Shown: positions 41,144 through 52,113, counted from the stretch's first letter. The stretch: 64,000 nt of DNA from Nitrospirales bacterium (GCA_965223295.1 CBDCWC010000003.1:224001-288000), one strand, 5' to 3'. Translations and numbers: made by a program. Notes: a model not told the origin generated them from the letters alone.

Positions 41144-42374
41144 CGACGTTGCCCCCGTTTTGAGACAGATCTTAACCAGAATAGATGGTGACTTCAGCTG
41201 CCTGGCTCTCCTGACGTTGGTTCAAAAACTCATTCGGTGTCAGATGCCCGAGTGAGCTATGGGGACGGTGTTGATTATAGTCCAGCCGCCAGACTTCAAT
41301 GATCGCTCGCGCGTCATCGAGTGACCGGAACTGGTGGACGTTGAGACACTCGTCTCGCAATCGCCCGTTAAACGATTCAATGAAGGCGTTTTCGACTGGT
41401 TTGCCGGGGCGAATGAAGTCGAGCTGAACCCCTTGCCGATACGCCCACTCTTCCAACGCTCGCGATTGGAATTCGGTGCCATGATCTACCGTGATGAACG
41501 CGGTCGAGCACTAGCGCCGACGACTCGATCAAGCGCCTGCCCAACGCTCTCGCCTGACATTCGAAAACCCGCCTCAAGTACGGGTGCGTGCCGACTCCAG
41601 TTGTCGACGACCGTGAGCATCCGAAATGGGCGGCCATCGCCCAGCGTATCATGCACAAAATCCATACTCCAGCGCTCATTCGGTTGTACCGGAGTGGGTG
41701 CCGGCCCGCGGTGCAACGCCATGTGTTTGCGTCGGCGGACCCGCATCCGAAGTTGTAACCCTTCCAGACGATAGAGGCGCCGCACGCGCTTCCGATTCAC
41801 GACCCACCCTTCCCGCCGCAAGAGGACCCAAATCCGCAGGTACCCAAACCGTGGACGGGCATGTGCGAGATCACGAATACGGAGACGTAAGGCGGATTGG
41901 TCTTTCGCCTGGCTTCGTCGATACCAGGCCGATCGAGTAAGCTGCGCTAAGCGACAGGCCCGCACACCACTCACCGAGAATGTCTGCTGAAACCACTGGG
42001 CCAATTCTCGGCGGCGGGCGGGCCTCAGGCTTTTTTTCGTAAGGCCTCCGACAGCATATGTTTATCCAATGAGAGATCGGCCACCAAGCGCTTCAATCGC
42101 GTGTTTTCTTCCTCCAACTGCCGCAACCGGCGGAGTTCCGTCACTCCGAGATGCGCATACTTCTTTTTCCAGGCATACAATGTGGCCTCACTGACGCCCA
42201 GTTGGCGACAGACGTCGCCTACAGGTGTGCCCCCTTCGCTTTGCCGAAGGGCATAGATGACTTGCTCCTCCGAGAATTTGGACCGCTTCATGGCCCCCCT
42301 CCTTTCCGTTCGGACTGCCGAAACGGCCATCGTACTCCAGTTTTAAGCTGTCGTCGATTTTGGGGGAGAGGTCA
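41144..42374 (-). mobile_element. IS3-family element, copy B; inverted near-identical copy of 29411-30641
   Basis: Same 1231-bp length, IRs, ORFs and orfB frameshift. One visible substitution (NQHQ vs NQRQ). Confidence 0.93.
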
Positions 42375-42474
42375 ATAGTGGACCCCATTGTCAAGACCAT
42401 ATAATACGTAAAAACCATGAATAAAAGCTTACTTATTTTGCAACATCTGTAGTCTTGACAATGGGGTCCACTAT
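42375..42474. mobile_element. 100-bp MITE with perfect 23-bp terminal inverted repeats
   Basis: ATAGTGGACCCCATTGTCAAGAC (42375-42397) ... GTCTTGACAATGGGGTCCACTAT (42452-42474), with a non-coding AT-rich interior. Confidence 0.75.
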
Positions 42475-42730
42475 AGCAGACATTCTTCTAGTCCCCATAC
42501 GAACATTCATTCCAGACGCTGTTCCTTCAAAGTTATACGAGGCAATGGCAAGCGGAAGACCAATTGTATTAATTGCGACTGGTGAACCTGCAGAAATAGT
42601 CCAAAATCATCAAGCAGGAATCGTCGTAGAGTCCGGAGACGAGGAAGGATTTATCGAGGCGCTGAAAACACTGCATGCTAAACCTGAGCTTCGTCGGATC
42701 TTCTGCTCCTTTCATCGAGAGGCAATATAG
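42475..42730 (+). pseudogene. C-terminal fragment of a GT4 (WbuB-like) gene
   Basis: AVPSKLYEAMASGRPIV...AEIV..HQAGIVV matches the C-terminus of the 52140-53351 GT. The 5' part is missing at the MITE/IS junction. Confidence 0.8.
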
Positions 42731-42913
42731 CGCAGAAGAGTTCACTTACCGATGATTAGGGTCCATTACTCCATTAGGTCTTCAAGACCAATATGGTTCC
42801 GATAAATGTTGTCACAAAGGACCTTACGCACAATAAATTGAAAAGTGAGAGTGTTCCTATCCACGTAATCTGAAGATGCAAAGGGAACCCCGATCCTTCA
42901 AAATCCTTCAACA

Positions 42914-44047
42914 ATGATTCTGAGAACGATGGCTTGGCAAAAACAGTTAACATTTTGGAGTTGTTTAGTTTTGATTGGACTAACCATACCCCTCATTCTT
43001 TTTGAGTTTTTACTGCGTGTGCTACCGGTCTGCGACGCTACACACAGGTTGCCTGTTAATGAAGGAAATCCTATTTTACGCTTTGAACCTAACAGACAAC
43101 TAGTTTGGTCAAAAGGATGGAATTTCTCCATAGTGAATGAATTAAGAACCAATAACTTCGGTTTTCTGAGCCAGATTGACTACGATAAAGATGCCACGAC
43201 TCCCTTACTTGCCATAGTAGGTGATAGCTATGTAGAAGCTGTTATGGTGCCTTTTAAGGAGACGGCAGCGGGAAGATTAGCAGATCAATTAGGCGATCAG
43301 GCTCGGGCTTATTCTTTTGGTGTATCCGGTGCTCCGTTGAGCCAGTATCTTGCCTATTCTGAGTTTGTGAGAAACACATTCCAGCCTGCAGCCATGATAA
43401 TAGTAATTGTAGGGAATGATTTTGATGAAAGCTTGAAGAAATATAAGTCTAAGCCTGGATACCACTATTTTTTCGAAAACAGCAATGGAGAGCTAAGGCT
43501 AGAAAGGATGGATTATTCTCCTCCTTTCTGGAAAAGATTTTTCAGGGAATCTACACTATTTAGGTATTTAGCAATTAATCTTGGATTACAAGCTCGTTTA
43601 CAGCGCTTTAACACTCTCCTCTCACCCAAAGAGGAGTATGTACAATTTGTTGGCAATACTTCTTCCAGTTCAAGTCCAACTCGCATTGCGGACTCAAAAC
43701 TCGCAATTCACGCTTTTCTAAATATGCTGCCTGCTACATCTGGGCTTAGTCCGAACCAAATCGTTTTTGTTATCGACGGAAGACGTCCTCACCTTTATGA
43801 GGATAGCCACCTAAAGCTTACTGAAAGCAGTTATTTTTCTGTTATGCGTCGTTATTTCATCGAAAATGCGACTGCGATCGGTTATGAGACTATTGATATG
43901 GAACCGATTTTTCGAGATCATTACAAGCAGCATGGTAGGCGGTTTGAGTACCCAGACGATGGACATTGGAACTCATTAGGGCATGCCTTGTGCTTTGAAG
44001 CTATTACCGATTCCAGAGTATTTATTAGATTCACAAATACTATGTAA
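42914..44047 (+). CDS. SGNH/GDSL-fold protein with N-terminal anchor (polysaccharide O-acyltransferase/esterase-like)
   Basis: GDSYVEA, FGVSG, GNDFDES, DGHWN. Confidence 0.8.
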   Translation: MILRTMAWQKQLTFWSCLVLIGLTIPLILFEFLLRVLPVCDATHRLPVNEGNPILRFEPNRQLVWSKGWNFSIVNELRTNNFGFLSQIDYDKDATTPLLAIVGDSYVEAVMVPFKETAAGRLADQLGDQARAYSFGVSGAPLSQYLAYSEFVRNTFQPAAMIIVIVGNDFDESLKKYKSKPGYHYFFENSNGELRLERMDYSPPFWKRFFRESTLFRYLAINLGLQARLQRFNTLLSPKEEYVQFVGNTSSSSSPTRIADSKLAIHAFLNMLPATSGLSPNQIVFVIDGRRPHLYEDSHLKLTESSYFSVMRRYFIENATAIGYETIDMEPIFRDHYKQHGRRFEYPDDGHWNSLGHALCFEAITDSRVFIRFTNTM

Positions 44048-44678
44048 GCTTCCCGTAATCTTGGACTTCCCTCGTTTCTGTGGACACTCAACCTAGTTGT
44101 GCCCGCTGCTGCTCATACGCTATTGGGCTGATATTTCCGAGGTGTTGATGGCTTCTTGCTCGATTATAAAACACCTCAATATAATCGAATAGTTCAGCTC
44201 TCGCAGCTTCACGAGTTTTGAAGATGTGCCGGCGTATTTTCTCCTTCTTGAGACTGCTGAAGCAGGACTCGACTGCCGCGTTATCATAACAGTTGCCTCG
44301 GCGACTCATGCTCGGGAGCAGGCCATGTGTTTGACAGAACCGAGTCCATTCATCGCTACTGTATTGCGACCCCTGATCCGAGTGAATTATGACATCATGC
44401 CTGGGCTTGCGTCGCCAAATAGCCATCAGTAAGGCGTCCAACACAATCTCCTTGGCCAAGGTGGGCTTCATCGACCAGCCGATGATTCGTCGGGAGTAAA
44501 GATCCATCACCACGGCCAAGTAGAGCCACCCCTCATACGTCCGAATATACGTGATGTCGGTCACCCAAGCATGATCCGGCCGGTCTTTCGAAAACTGTCG
44601 CTACAAACGATTCGGTGCTGCCATTGCCGGCTTGTTGTAGCGCACGCCTGGCTTTTTATATCCACGCTGGGCGCGTAT

Positions 44679-45898
44679 TGACGTGCCCCCAGTGATTGTT
44701 CCAGTGTGCATGCAGCTTTAAGCGCATTTTGGAATTAATGCCTCAGGGGTTGGTGGTTTGTATCCTAAAGCGCTATGGGGACGCACCTGCTTATAGTGTT
44801 GCCGCCACCATTCGATGAGCACTTGCGCTTCCCGGAGCGTATAGAAGATTTCCCCGTTCAAGAGCTCATCCCGCAGTTTGCCATTCAAACTCTCATTATA
44901 GCCATTCTCCCAGGGGCTGCCTGGTTCGATAAACAAGGTGCCGACCCCTAGCTGGGCGAGCCATTGTCGAACAGCCTTCGCGGTAAATTCTGGGCCGTTA
45001 TCCGAACGAATATATCCCGGACAACCGTGCTGCAGAAACAGCTCAGCCAGCCGATGTAGCACATCATCGGCTCGAAGATGCCGAGCGACCTCAATAGCCA
45101 AACATTCTCGGGTATATTCATCGACAATGGTCAGCAAGCGTACCGGGCGACCATCATGGGTCCGCGTGGCCACAAAATCGTAGGCCCAGACATGATTTGG
45201 ATGTTGAGGCTGGAGCCGCACACAGGAGTCCTTGTTGATCCAGAGTCGCCCCCGTTTGGGTTGCTTCTTCGGCACTTTTAAGCCTTCCCGCCGCCAAATC
45301 CGTTCCACGCGTTTATGATTCACGTGCCAGCCCTCGACTCGAACCAACGCGGTGATGCGTCGGTAGCCATAGCGCCCATACTTTCGAGCCAGCCGCACAA
45401 TCGTTTTAGTTAACGCTTCTTCGTCCCCTCGGACCTGAGCCTGATACCGCTGTGTCGATCGAGGTTGCCCCAGCACCTGGCACGTCCGCCGTTCCGCCAC
45501 CCTCAGTCGTTGCCCAATGGTGTGAACGGCTCGGCGGCGTCGGGTGGGGCTTAGAAGTTTCCCTCAGCTGCTTCCTTCAGAATCAATTTATCCAGGGTGA
45601 GATCTGCCACGGCTCGCTTCAAGCGGGCATTCTCGCGCTCCAAGTCTTTGAGTCGTTTCGCCTGATCAAGTTTCAGTCCACCATATTCCTGCCGCCACCG
45701 ATAGTAGGTGGGATCGGTGATATTCCACTTCCGACAAATGTCTTTGACGGTCTGCCCTTGCCCCAACAGGACCTCCGCTTCCCGCAGTTTGTGAATGATT
45801 TGTTCAACCGAGTACTTCACACGTGCCATGATACCCTCCTTTTTTATATGCCCTAGCCTGTAACATAGGCCTCGGAGCCGTTTAAAGGGGGCACGCCA
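44679..45898 (-). mobile_element. Apparently intact IS3-family element (IS407-like) with 4-bp TSD GTAT
   Basis: TGACGTGCCCCC ... GGGGGCACGCCA, with GTAT on both sides. orfA 45551-45829 ends at a GGGAAAC slip site. orfB (to 44718) has [21 protein letters not shown]. Confidence 0.93.
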
Positions 45899-46194
45899 GT
45901 ATCTTGTGACGCTGCATGATCTTGGCAATCCGGTTCTTGCCCACGCACTCACCCACCTCGCGTAGATCGCAAAGAATGCGGGGGGACCCATACGTGCGGC
46001 CACTCGCTTCATACGACTCCCGAATGAGTCCCAGCAAACGATCATCGTCTTGAGACCGTTGTGAGGGAGGGCGCTCCAACCATGCATCATAGCCACTGCG
46101 CGAGACCCCAAATAGGCGACACATCGGCTGGATCGCGTACCGGTTGTGATGTTGCAAGATGAACGCGTACCTCACGCCGGGTTTTTCGCGAAGT

Positions 46195-47520
46195 GGGCCT
46201 GTAAGATTAAGTGTGTAACTGGTTATCATAACGGATTTTTCAGAAGGAGAACATGATGACCAAGCCAAACACAAAAACCGATGCGTTATTGGATGACTTA
46301 TTAAAAGACTGTGAGTCGCCCGAAGATATTCTGGGGGAACATGGCCTTTTGAAGGATTTAACCAAACGGCTCGTGGAACGGGCGTTGACAGCTGAATTGA
46401 CGAATCATCTGGGCTATCCCCCTTATGCCCGAGGCCTTTCTCAGGGTGGGAACACTCGGAATGGGACGAGCTCGAAAATCATTCAAACGGACCAAGGGCC
46501 GGTCGAACTGGCCGTCCCCCGAGATCGTGCGGGCACGTTTGAACCCACGGTTGTCCCAAAACGGCAACGGCGCTTGGAGGGGTTTGACGACAAAGTGCTG
46601 GCCCTCTATGCCCATGGGTTGACCACGCGGGAAATTCAAAGTCATCTGGAAGACTTGTATGGAACTGAAGTCTCGCCCACACTGATTTCGACGATCGCCG
46701 ATGCCGTCTTAGAAGATGTGCGGCTCTGGCAGAGTCGGCCTTTGGAGATGGTGTATCCCATCCTGTATTTCGATTGCCTATTTGTGAAATCGCGGCATGA
46801 GGGGGCCGTCAAAACCAAAGCCGTGTATGTCGCCCTCGGCGTGACACTCACGGGAGAGAAGGAACTGCTCGGGCTCTGGGTCAGTGAAACCGAAGGAGCC
46901 AAGTTTTGGTTAGCGGTGTTCACGGAATTGCAACAGCGAGGCGTACAGGATTGCTTTGTCGCTTGTGTCGATGGGCTGATCGGGTTACCCGAAGCCTTAG
47001 AAACCATCTTTCCCCAGACACAGGTGCAACTCTGCATTGTCCATAAAGTGCGCCACGCTTTACGGTACGTGGTCTGGAAAGAACGTCGCCCTGTTGCCCG
47101 CGATTTACGAGCGATCTATGGAGCGCCCACTCTTTCAGAAGCCGAAGACGCCTTGGAGAACTTTGCTCAACTGTGGGATCAAAAATATCCCACCATTAGT
47201 GCCAGTTGGCGACGAGACTGGAAGCGACTGACGGTGTTCTTCGACTATCCGTCCGAGATTCGGAAAGTGATCTATACCACGAACGCGATTGAATCGCTCA
47301 ATTATTCATTGCGGAAGGTGCTAAAAAAAACGGGGGGCGTTTCCGACGGATGAAGCCATTCTCAAAGTCCTCTATCTCGGAATGCAGCGGATTGCCAAAA
47401 AATGGACCGTACCCATTCCCGAGTGGAAACGCGCCCTCAATCAATTTGCCATGATTGTTGGAGACCGCGTGCCCATAATTGATTAACCACGATCAGTTAC
47501 ACAGATAACTTGACAGGCCC
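46195..47520 (+). mobile_element. IS256-family element with 8-bp TSD CGCGAAGT; transposase frameshifted near the 3' end
   Basis: TIRs GGGCCTGTAAGATTAAGTGTGTAACTG / CAGTTACACAGATAACTTGACAGGCCC. VPRDRAGTFEP, QLCIVH, IYTTNAIES. An extra A in the A8 run at ~47323-47330 shifts RGAFPTDEA...; the repaired stop is at 47486. Confidence 0.95.
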
Positions 47521-47993
47521 CGCGAAGTACGCGGCTGCTTTTTTAGGATGTCTCGCTCGTCCTGGGCCCGGCGAAGTTCAGCCTTCAGCGTCAGATTCTC
47601 GCGTCGAACTTCTTTGAGCTCTGCCTCATAGCGATCCGTGGCGTTGGGGCTATACACCTTGACCCACTTGTATAGGCTTTGCACTGAAATCCCTAATCGC
47701 TTGGCGACATCGCCAACGGTGTAGCCGCGTTCGATGACTTGCTTCACCGCCTCTTCTTTGAACTCATCGGCAAATCGACTCTTGCTCATCCCCTGCCCTC
47801 CCATGCTTTATTGTTAAGTATAAGAGTGTCTACCGATTCGAAGGAAGTCCAATTGAGCAATACAACATCATTAAATCGTTTCATTTAATGTGCAAAAACT
47901 GTATGCCTCAGCCTTCACATACGACTGTCTAGAACTGGAGTATTTTGCTCTAAAAACTAGTAATTATTTGAATTCTCTATAATTTCTATTTTA

Positions 47994-48009
47994 CGGCGTA
48001 GAATTTGCA
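47994..48009 (+). promoter_or_regulatory. Possible sigma-54 promoter upstream of the lyase gene
   Basis: CGGCGTAGAATTTGCA (GG-N10-GC, TTGC). Confidence 0.4.
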
Positions 48010-48216
48010 AGATGAACAAGCGATTTAACTCAAAACCAAAAGGCCGCGTTTAATTTGAGCTTTTGAAACAAGTACAAAATATAAGTACCCTATAGAAGTG
48101 TAACAAGAGAGATATTATGAAAACTGAGAGCCTTCAGAGTTCTTCATTAAACTTTTAATCAATTTTTCCGACAAGCCTCCATCAGACGATATAAAACATT
48201 TCCTACAATTGGAATT

Positions 48217-49650
48217 ATGGATACACAAACATTTTTCAGGAGGTTTTTGATGCCCTACGCTTTTAGCTCACTTTTAGCAATATTGTTTTTGACTTCAATT
48301 GTGTCATATGCGAATGCTCAAACACTTGCATTTCCTGGCGCTGAAGGATTTGGCCGATTTGCGAAGGGAGGTCGTGGAGGGAGGGTTATCGAGGTAACCA
48401 ATTGGAATAATTCCGGAGCCGGCAGCTTGCGTGCTGCCCTTGAGGCATCTGGACCGCGTACGATCGTGTTTCGGGTAGGTGGAACTATCAATCTCTCTGA
48501 CAGAATCACGATTGTTAACCCATTCGTCACGATCGCTGGTCAAACTGCTCCCGGTGGGGGAATTCAGTTGAAAGGAGGCGGACTTAGAGTAAGAACAAAC
48601 GACGTAATTATTCGCCACATTCGAGTTCGCCCTGGCCCAACAGCGCCAAACCCTGAATCACATAATGCCCTTAACATAGTAAGCTCGGCAAGCCATGACG
48701 TGATCATAGACCATGTCTCAATGAGTTGGGCTACAGATCAGGTGAATGGCGTGGGTGGGTTAGGAGGGCCGTCGAATGTCTCAATCCAATGGAGTTTCAT
48801 TACAGAATCGCTAAACTGTGCAAACCCTCCGCATCCGGATGGCTGCCACGGCAAAGGTTCCTTGATCGGAGGTAGCGGGGACAACCTGTCTTTCCATCAC
48901 AATCTTCTTGCACATCATCCTGATCGGAACCCTTTGGTTACAACTGGAGACATTGATTTCGTCAATAATGTTGTATATTACAATAGCCTAAATGGCACTA
49001 CGTTGTGGCCAGTGGATTCGGTTATAAGAGCCAACCTTTTGCATAATAAGTATATACTCGCCTCAAATCCCATAAAGCCTGACAAGGCACCTGTAAGGCT
49101 TATAGGTGGTGCAACTTTTAACTCAGGGTCAGGTATTTATCTTAAAGGGAACATTCATACGAATGTTCGGCCAGATAACTCAGGTCCCGAAGATAACGTT
49201 ATTAGACGTTCTTCTGGGCCTCCAGATTTCCCAGTGGTTACATCCAGATATACCCATCCTCAAGTAACGACCACGAACGCGTTCCAAGCGGAAATCGATG
49301 TTTTGGCCCAAGCGGGTGCCACCCTTCCAGTTCGAGATTCTGTTGATACACGTATCGTTAATGAAGTTAAGAACAAAACAGGAAAAATCATAAATGACCC
49401 TTCCCAGGTAGGTGGTTATCCAACCTTAGCGTCTGGGTCTCCTCCCACCGATAGTGACCATGATGGAATGCCAAATAGTTGGGAAGTCGCTCAGGGCTTC
49501 AATCCCAACAATGCCTCCGATGGCCCACAAGATGCGGATGGAGATGGCTACACAAATCTAGAAGAGTTTCTCAACAACACTTCTTCAGGCTCTGGAGATA
49601 ATAGTGCACCCAATGCACCGACGAATCTCAGAACAATAACTCAGAATTGA
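48217..49650 (+). CDS. Secreted pectate-lyase-like (PL1) beta-helix protein
   Basis: Signal peptide; AFPGAEGFG...GGRGG, GSLRAAL, TIAGQTAPGGG, IIDHVSMSW, HHNLLAH..DRNP; C-terminal DSDHDGMP and DADGDGYTNLEE. Confidence 0.9.
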   Translation: MDTQTFFRRFLMPYAFSSLLAILFLTSIVSYANAQTLAFPGAEGFGRFAKGGRGGRVIEVTNWNNSGAGSLRAALEASGPRTIVFRVGGTINLSDRITIVNPFVTIAGQTAPGGGIQLKGGGLRVRTNDVIIRHIRVRPGPTAPNPESHNALNIVSSASHDVIIDHVSMSWATDQVNGVGGLGGPSNVSIQWSFITESLNCANPPHPDGCHGKGSLIGGSGDNLSFHHNLLAHHPDRNPLVTTGDIDFVNNVVYYNSLNGTTLWPVDSVIRANLLHNKYILASNPIKPDKAPVRLIGGATFNSGSGIYLKGNIHTNVRPDNSGPEDNVIRRSSGPPDFPVVTSRYTHPQVTTTNAFQAEIDVLAQAGATLPVRDSVDTRIVNEVKNKTGKIINDPSQVGGYPTLASGSPPTDSDHDGMPNSWEVAQGFNPNNASDGPQDADGDGYTNLEEFLNNTSSGSGDNSAPNAPTNLRTITQN

Positions 49651-49693
49651 GAATTGCACAACCATACGGCTCATCTCATAACAGGCAAAAACA

Positions 49694-50695
49694 TTAGAAA
49701 TTATATGGTGAGAAAGCTTTATCGCAAGTTTTCTTGATCTGTATGAATACAGTCTCTGGAGGATTTCTAACTTTTTGAATCCCTTTACATACACAGGCCC
49801 GAGCAAAACAAAAGGATGAGTTTTTTTGTCGCTCGAATTGCTTTCGAATCACCTGGAATTGTGCTGAGTAGTGGGGAAACGTTTTTTCGAGTGCAGCAAG
49901 TTGGGTAATATGAACAGAATGATAGTAAGGACTAGCAATGGAACCAGAAAGGTCGTAACACGACCAATACCCAGCATTGTACTTAGGCAAATATTTGACA
50001 AGAGTGCCTAAGGTAACATCCAAAACTTTTGTATCATCAGGTCCCTCAGCGAGAATTAACCAGTCATATAACCCATATAGAGCACTTATCCAGCCATTAA
50101 GCACACTATTGGGTACATGTCGTGGGTATTCCTCGAGTATCAATCCCTCGGTAACAGCCCTGCAAGTGCCTCCTTCCTGTAGTGATTGAAGCATAAATTG
50201 GACGCCACGACGAGCTGCTTCTTTATATGCAGTATCCAATGTTTCCACGAATGCCCGCACAAGGACCGAGATAGCCTGTCCCTGTGCCAATGCAGAGTAC
50301 GGAACCGTATACACTGGTTTCTGCATGGACAACAGCTTCCATGCACCTTGGGGTTCTTGAGATGCAACAAACCAACGAGCAAGTTGTAAAAATTTTTCTC
50401 TATGTTTTTCTTCATTTTTCGAACTTTGCAACCAACAACTCCAATGACCAAGAGCTTTTTGTGCTAGAAGAATTGGGTGGTGGAACGGCTTCCCATTTGG
50501 CTCTTGAACAAGGGGAAGACCTTGATGATCAACAGTCCCATTCCACTCTGCCTTTGACGAATAGTCTCGATAATAGTCCTGCAACTCTCCAGGTTTAAAC
50601 AGAGGAGATAGGCCGTAGGCAGCATGCCAGTAACTGCGCCCGCCAAACATCCGAAACCAATGCCCAAATAAAGCTTTATAGTAAAGAAATCGCAC
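49694..50695 (-). CDS. D-glucuronyl C5-epimerase family protein
   Basis: HPI..AQ.ALG, YSALAQGQAISVLVRA, LEEYP, VLNGWISAL.GLYD, WSCYDL, YYH.VHI.QL, matching the C5-epimerase C-terminal domain. Confidence 0.88.
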   Translation of the reverse strand: MRFLYYKALFGHWFRMFGGRSYWHAAYGLSPLFKPGELQDYYRDYSSKAEWNGTVDHQGLPLVQEPNGKPFHHPILLAQKALGHWSCWLQSSKNEEKHREKFLQLARWFVASQEPQGAWKLLSMQKPVYTVPYSALAQGQAISVLVRAFVETLDTAYKEAARRGVQFMLQSLQEGGTCRAVTEGLILEEYPRHVPNSVLNGWISALYGLYDWLILAEGPDDTKVLDVTLGTLVKYLPKYNAGYWSCYDLSGSIASPYYHSVHITQLAALEKTFPHYSAQFQVIRKQFERQKNSSFCFARACVCKGIQKVRNPPETVFIQIKKTCDKAFSPYNF

Positions 50696-50844
50696 TAAAT
50701 TGCTCTTGTTCGTTGTTAAAACATTTTTTCCTGTTACGAATTCCTACAATGAGGTTTTTCACGTCATGTCACTTGCTACCTCAAGAATGGCCACGTAGGC
50801 TTATACCTCGTATTAGGTTCAACATTGTTATTGACTTAACATGC

Positions 50845-52113
50845 TTACAACACTCCTTGTAAAATAGCATTCAGTTGTTTTGATATCTGGGGCCATTGGT
50901 ACAGTTCAGTCTCTTGAGGGCGGTCAAATACCCGCACCATAGCTTCTCGAATAAAGGATGTAATGCCACAAATATCATCCCCCGTAAAACTTTGACCCAT
51001 TTCATCGTTCTTAAGAATTACTTCGATATCACTTCCTGAAGGTGCGATCGACAGAATTCGTGTTCCCAAGCCCAGTGCTTCAAAAACCTTGCTCGTCACA
51101 ATGCCTTTGTCTTCCATAGTGGCATTTTCCGCGACTGACGTCACAACAACAGCAAGATTTGCGCCGCAGATGGCAGAAAGAGCATCGACTCTGGGGACAT
51201 TTCCGTGAAATACCACACGATCTAGTATTCCAAAACGTTGAGCTTCTGTCCGGACATGGTCTACCGATGGACCAAAGTAATGAAAAGCCCAAGGATGTGC
51301 TGTTTCATCATAAGCATCCTTCAGTCGACTAAGCGCAGCCATCACAGGTGAAATCAAACGCTTCGTTCGATAAAAAACTCCGGTATAAACAATGGAAAAG
51401 TGTTTAAACCTATATGGTTCTATCGTTTCTAATTCTTCAGGATCGTAGCCATTTGTGATGACATGTAGCTTCGGCCCAACACCGAAACGTTTTTCGAGAA
51501 TAGCCCTCCAAGATGGAGACACGATGGTTGCCGCAGAACACCCCTTAAGCAACCGCGCCTCTTCCCGAAAGGTAGCTGCACGAGCCGGGTAGGCGGCATG
51601 AGGGTTACTAGTCCAAGGATCTCGATAATCCAAAACAAAAGGCCGGTTAAGCCTGCTTGCTAAACGCTCAGCAAGCCTAAAAGCTGTAAAGGGTTTTCCT
51701 GTTGCGAGAATCACATCCACGTCTTTTGCGGTCAACGAAGAACACGATTTTTCCGCTGCTTTGTTCCAACCTATAGCGGGATCTATGGCAAATCGGCGCG
51801 CAACCTTTCTGAAGATTCCGCCGATCAGCCAGCCAAGCTTTTGGTTACGGCACTTCAAATCATTCGTCGCTAGATAACGAAATTGATGCCCCGTATCTAT
51901 ACGTTGGATATTTTCTTGCTTCAACTTGTCATCAATCGTGTCGAGAATATCAACGCGCTTCCAAATAGAGGCATGGGGAGTCACGACTGTAACATTCCAC
52001 CCATGTCGAGAAAGATACTTGGCAAAAGCCCAGGTACGAATACATCCTGGGGCATTCAATGGTGGGAATGGCCAAGCCAGGAATAGTAATTTAGGGCCTC
52101 GGGATAAACTCAT
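50845..52113 (-). CDS. Glycosyltransferase family 4-like
   Basis: FPP...G..R, LDYRDPW, ITNGYD, YTG.FY, SKVFEAL. Confidence 0.85.
   Translation of the reverse strand: MSLSRGPKLLFLAWPFPPLNAPGCIRTWAFAKYLSRHGWNVTVVTPHASIWKRVDILDTIDDKLKQENIQRIDTGHQFRYLATNDLKCRNQKLGWLIGGIFRKVARRFAIDPAIGWNKAAEKSCSSLTAKDVDVILATGKPFTAFRLAERLASRLNRPFVLDYRDPWTSNPHAAYPARAATFREEARLLKGCSAATIVSPSWRAILEKRFGVGPKLHVITNGYDPEELETIEPYRFKHFSIVYTGVFYRTKRLISPVMAALSRLKDAYDETAHPWAFHYFGPSVDHVRTEAQRFGILDRVVFHGNVPRVDALSAICGANLAVVVTSVAENATMEDKGIVTSKVFEALGLGTRILSIAPSGSDIEVILKNDEMGQSFTGDDICGITSFIREAMVRVFDRPQETELYQWPQISKQLNAILQGVL

Larger units (their letters stand above)
44062..47851 (-). mobile_element. Degenerate IS3-family element interrupted by two younger ISs
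   Basis: Ends TGGACTTCCCTCGTTTCTGTGGACAC / GTGTCTACCGATTCGAAGGAAGTCCA. orfA starts MSKSRF at 47789. orfB pieces rejoin across the inserts (HKI|RAQRG) and carry WVTDITY and HSDQGSQY, with an in-frame TAG at 44601-44603. Confidence 0.88.

Noticed and set aside
29411-42374. Bona fide composite transposon insertion
   Set aside because: There is no matching TSD at the outer ends (GTCC vs ATAG) and both transposases are broken. Kept only as a possible inversion or cassette hypothesis.
45551-46274. 186-aa and 130-aa ORFs as real genes
   Set aside because: They are chimeric read-throughs across IS junctions. The true orfA of the inner IS is 45551-45829.
47320-47345. Programmed frameshift in the IS256 transposase
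   Set aside because: IS256 transposases are normally a single ORF. An extra A in a homopolymer is better explained by mutation or sequencing error.
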